A stretch of DNA of 64,000 nt from Klebsormidium nitens. Its lineage: Eukaryota; Plantae; Klebsormidiophyceae. The position numbers were made by a program, and so were the translations under genes. The stretch covers positions 1 to 64,000 of the forward strand of contig DF237111.1 in NCBI GenBank assembly GCA_000708835.1, in the 5' to 3' direction. Numbering within the stretch: the first letter of the stretch is position 1; each line of letters starts with the position of its first letter. Positions 59,730-64,000 of the stretch are shown here, in pieces. The notes under the pieces are model-generated. The model ran no database searches. It had not been told where the DNA came from and saw nothing but the letters and a program-made list of their open reading frames with translations.

Positions 59730-62700
59730 TCAAGAATACTCCGAGGCCAGCTCTGCTAACCCTTCCTTCATGCTGACCACCCGGCTTGTATCCAAGCTCC
59801 TTTTGGATCTTCGCTGTCTTCACCGTGACGTCACGTGCCACGTAAGCAAGGATCTGCCGGCTGACCAGCGGTTCCCGGGTGACCCCATAACCCAGAATCG
59901 GAAGACTTTCCAGGAACCACTCGACTCCCCACAACAGCCAAAGGGGGACCGTTCCGGTCGGGGTAGCGACCCCCGGTTGCGAGCAGACGTACCACGTGAT
60001 GAAGTCCTTCCAAAGCTCCGCTTTGCCGTCAGTAACGAAGTAACTTCTGCCTCCTGCACGAGGGGATAAAAATGAAGAAGCTCAGTAATGATTGCTTGAA
60101 AAGGGCGACGTGATGGAGTCCTTCCAGAGCTTGGCTTTGCCGTCAGTGACGAAGTAAGTTCTGCCGCCTGCACGGAAAAATGCTGCTCAATAGTGATCGC
60201 TTGAGAAGGGCCACGTGACGAAGAAACTCCTGCATGAAGTAAGAATCAGTACGATGCTTAGAAAGAATCGATTGAGAAGAACTACTTTACAACGTTCTTC
60301 CAGAGCCCCGCTTTTCCATCTGTGACAGATCTACTTTTCCCTTCTGCAGTTAGAAGGCTCATCAGTGCTCAGAAAAGATTGCTTGTGACGATTGCGAAGG
60401 GCGATGATTGCCTTCTGTCAACAGCGGCGACGTGCCGTGGCTTGCGACAGCAGACAGACCTCGGCGGCGTTCAGATAGAAACAACTACGTAACCATTTCG
60501 AGGCTTATTTCATAAGATTATCAGACAGCCGGAATCTTGGCTGTCAGTCGTTCCCTTACCTTAAAACCCAAAAGTAGAGTGCTGACAGCTTCTTGACGAA
60601 GCTCTTTCCCTTGAAAGCCAAGACGTTGTCGCTGATCAGATGTGTTCAAAGACCGGGAAAACTGAATCTTCGCGTGCTTTGTGCGACTTATGACACTGTT
60701 CGTCGGGTACTCGTGTCGCGAATGCGTTGCGAAACCTGCCGCGCCTCTTACGAGAGCCACAAAGCTGACCGGGTAAGCCAACTAGACTTCGCAACTGCCC
60801 ATCACCAGTTCGCAGCTTTGGCAGGATCTGATCAAACTAGGCATGCGAAAATACGCACCTACACCTTTGACGGTCGCGGCGAGGCGCAGCGCATGGACGG
60901 CGTTAGAGACGTGGGTTGTCGCTACTCTGGCAAGCGGCGTAGTCCATCGGAAGAGACCCGCCTGGATGATCTTGGTGAAGCCAGGCTTGAGAAGCGTGTC
61001 GCCACGACCCCAGCAAAAGCTGGGCTTGATCACGACGACTGCACACGACGAGAGAACGGCGCCCGATTTGGTGTGGTTTCTGCTCGGCTGATCGACCTTC
61101 GGGTGCTTCCATGCTTAGCAGACGCAGTTCTTATCCGGAGCTGGATTTCGCTTCAAAAACGAACGGGCCTCCCTGCGTGTGTCACCAGGCAAAGTGCGAT
61201 GCGGGAAATGGAAAAATAAGCGTTTGAACGTGTTTCGCGCAAGCGCTTCGTACAGATGAGACTGCGCAAACTTGACTGCAACGATGCGCAGTGAACGACT
61301 TGAATCAGAACCAATCCGCTCAAAGAGCGCTACGTACAGTGCTTCACGTGCAGTGGCAAGGAAGTCACACCTTGGAACGGTACATACGAAGAAAGTGCAA
61401 GCACCGACAACTTTGCCTCGTCAAACTGAAAGGACGGGATTAGCTCTCAACTTCCTCTGAGGGACGCCCTAATTGATGATGGAAAAGCGCTTTCAAGCAA
61501 TGGCAGGACGCCAGTAAAGTGTGGATCCTACTCACCCTGAAAGCAGCTAGAGCACATTCGCTTTAGTCACGTACAGCTCGCTGGAAAGAGGGAGACCAGT
61601 CGGAAAGCCCCACCTTCTCGTTCGAAGCCTCGAAAACGAAAGCTTGCTTCACGGGGAAATGGACGCGCGGAAAGGTGTCTACCTTCAAAACGTGGTGAGT
61701 CGTTTGCAGCCAGAGCTACTTTCTCCGCTTCAGCCTTGCTCTTGGAATAAGGAGCCCAATCGGGAGGGTCCATTGGGTCCGCCTCGCTGGCGTTGCCAAT
61801 TGCACCAGACGCCTGAGAAAGAATGTGGGCTCCTCGTAAAGTTCTGAATAAAGCTCGAAAGTGAGGTTAAAGCCAGCCTCTTGTTTTGCAGATTGTGGGT
61901 TGCAGAGGCGTGGGTAAACGAGAGCCCAACGCCTCGAGCTACCAAAGTGTTGAAAGACCTCCAGCAGCACGCGTGCAGGGCTTTCCCTGCAAACGAGCGG
62001 GTACGCTTGTTCTGATTGGTCGCTAGTCGAATGAACGGAGGTTAGTAGCACCTTAGATTCGCCGAAGGCCTTCCATCTTGGAGCTCACAACAAAGAAAGG
62101 CAAAGGTAAAGCTGCGCTTTTGACAAGCTCTATCCTAAGCGAGGCTGACAAGATGACTCGCAGAGTGCTGAAGTGTGAATTTCACCTTAATGTTTGCAAA
62201 GATCGTGCTGACGTGCACAAAACGAGGCACGCCAGCTGCCTTTGCCGTGTCGACCATACTTCTGGTGCCCTCAATTGGGAAGTCTGCCCACTTCCCCCAA
62301 CTTTGGACCTTGGCTGCCAGATGAATGACAGCATCGCACCCCCGCATTCCTGCAGCAAAAAGGGGCTACTTACTTAGTGTCCATCCACAACACCACATAG
62401 AAAAGAAACTGCGTTCTTCCTTGCCCTTTACTGATGGGAAAACATCAAAGTCGACAGCCTGATTCAACTGTCCTTGAAAGCTCAAAGTGGCAAGTGATTC
62501 CACACAGAGAAAGAGCTTTTATACAGAAGTACATGCACCTTCGTGGATGTAACAGAGAAATCTGCTCATGTTTGCGCTTTAGCTGCAGTACAGAGGAGGT
62601 ACTTGCTTTCTCTGATGGCCCCTAGACTGATTACATGCATGTTCGCATGCAACGTGAGCTTCCTTTTGCAGCTAGCTTGACAACTACCTTAACCGTCACC

Positions 62701-63459
62701 TGACCCAGCCAGGCTGAGACAGGGATTTAGCTTCTATTCCCCAGACTGCATAGCTATTCAATTAGTATCTCAATCAGCGGTGAGACTGCATCCCAATTGA
62801 AAGCTCTACGGGCAACTGGGCCTAGAAGCAGACCTGCAAACTGAGACACATGTCTACTGCTGATTTGCAACTGCTTTAGACCAATGAAAGTGAAGCCGTT
62901 CCCGTTGCAGAGTGACATGCTGCAGGTGGCTGGGTTGTGCAAGAAAAAACTGCCTGATTCATCAATTATGCAATGCTAGTGTGAGAACATCTCTGATTGG
63001 CAAGCGTCATCTGGTTGTGTCCCAGGCTATAATTGATGGCCCTTCATGCTGAGCCGCGCAACTCAGAAGAAGCAATAACAACCATAAATAGGACTCGGAA
63101 ATCCCAGAATATTCAGATGCGGTAGCATCTGAGCAGCACAAAAGCAATCAGCCCCTGTCATACTGACACTGCCAACAGCTTGGCAGCTCCTTCGGCCACT
63201 CACCTTGCAGGATGGCTGCTCTGCTTTTCAGATCACCCCTCACAATCTCAAGTCTGCCCACAATGCCACTGGACTGAGGAGGATTTGCCTTAGTGATCGA
63301 CGGTCTATCTTTTCCAGGTCCCGCTGCTGCCGCCTGCTGGAGCTTCTCGTCAGAAGTGGCGCTTCTAGACAGAGCTACCACAGAGATGCCACTTTGGATT
63401 AAGGAGTGGACCAAGTGACGGCCAACGAAGCCGGAAGCTCCAGTCACAAAGAACTTCAT
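59730..63459 (-). CDS. NAD-dependent epimerase/dehydratase, 3-beta-hydroxysteroid dehydrogenase-like extended SDR, with an apparent +1 frameshift near the C-terminus
   Basis: MKFFVTGASGFVG Rossmann motif, GCDAVIHLAA, RFVHVS, catalytic YSKSK, VIKPSFCWGRGD, HVSNAVHAL, YFVTDG and KIQKELGYKP. Exons: 63459-63204, 62349-62186, 61812-61683, 61038-60859, 60053-59730. An upstream N-terminal extension is possible. Confidence 0.9.
60090..60350. repeat. Degenerate intronic copies of the SDR last-exon acceptor and first ~60 nt
   Basis: A decoy starting at 60167 (minus strand, gtgcag|gcggcagaacttacttcgtcactgacggcaaagcc) encodes GGRTYFVTDGKAKLWKDSIT; the real exon encodes GGRSYFVTDGKAELWKDFIT. A weaker third copy lies at ~60300-60345. 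Confidence 0.85.
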
Positions 63460-64000
63460 TCTGCTGTTCTGCTTCAATGTGATGTGTCGCAGATCTGGCC
63501 CGGAGTCCCCTGGCGCTTGTGGCTTCTCTGCTGTCGCAACAGTGTAAACCTCAAAAGCCTGCTTCAAAATGCTTCGAAGACTGACCGATGCAGGCTCCAG
63601 GAAAAGGGACAATTTGTGGGGGCAGTACCAATCCACCAGTCACAGATTTTGTCGCGTTTGATTTTGAAATGCAAATGACGGAAACCTGGTCTGGAACGAG
63701 ACTCCCGGTTGTTTCCAGATGCCGATGCCAAGCTAGGTGCTGCTCATGAGCTCAAGCTCAACCACCAGTGAAGCTCAATCATGGTAAAGAAGTCTCTGCA
63801 CATGGGGACGCCGGCGGACTACTGTTATAGGGATGTTGAAAGCCCACTTTCAACGCTAGCCCAGCTGCTGATGAGGGCACCGCAACAACGTGAGGAAACT
63901 AGATGCCAGGCACTCTTTTGCAGCTCGAGGTGAGTTCTTGCTGGATCAGGCTTCAGTACCCCTTTCGGAGGTTTGATGGTTTTGAGTCCGAATGAACATG

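Noticed and set aside
62580-62625. Plus-strand peptide CSTEEVLAFSDGP resembling the SDR STEAVL motif
   Set aside because: It is on the wrong strand and lies in intron 1. The minus-strand gene already splices in phase through VHVSTIFANIK|ASGAIG, so this is treated as coincidence.

Overview
This is intron-rich eukaryotic nuclear DNA with canonical GT-AG introns. Gene content and style suggest a streptophyte green alga such as Klebsormidium; that is an inference, not verified. I reconstructed the spliced genes by hand using splice-site and phase arithmetic. In order, the window holds: (1) a frameshifted PIF/Harbinger transposase at the left edge; (2) a 10-exon secreted pepsin-family aspartic protease ending in three Pro/Thr-linked six-Cys modules; (3) a cluster of three F-box-like paralogs, one intact and two broken; (4) a three-KH BTR1/NOVA-like gene; (5) a probable PHS1/REC114 meiotic gene; (6) a plastid-type MATE transporter with a GC-AG intron; (7) an intronless F-box/LRR gene; (8) a DOMON-cytochrome b561 gene with a 1-nt frameshift; (9) a 218-aa unknown protein; (10) an intronless DUF1295/steroid-reductase-like gene; and (11) a 3-beta-HSD-like SDR with a 1-nt frameshift near its end. 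The most unusual non-coding signal is a family of about 145-180 bp elements. They share a conserved ~80-nt G-rich, telomere-like core, but each copy has its own unrelated inverted-repeat arms. There are three clear copies and one decayed core. Two other patterns stand out: a perfect 72-bp spacerless palindrome, and introns that repeatedly contain degenerate copies of the neighbouring splice junction and exon end. No tRNA, rRNA or CRISPR array was found.
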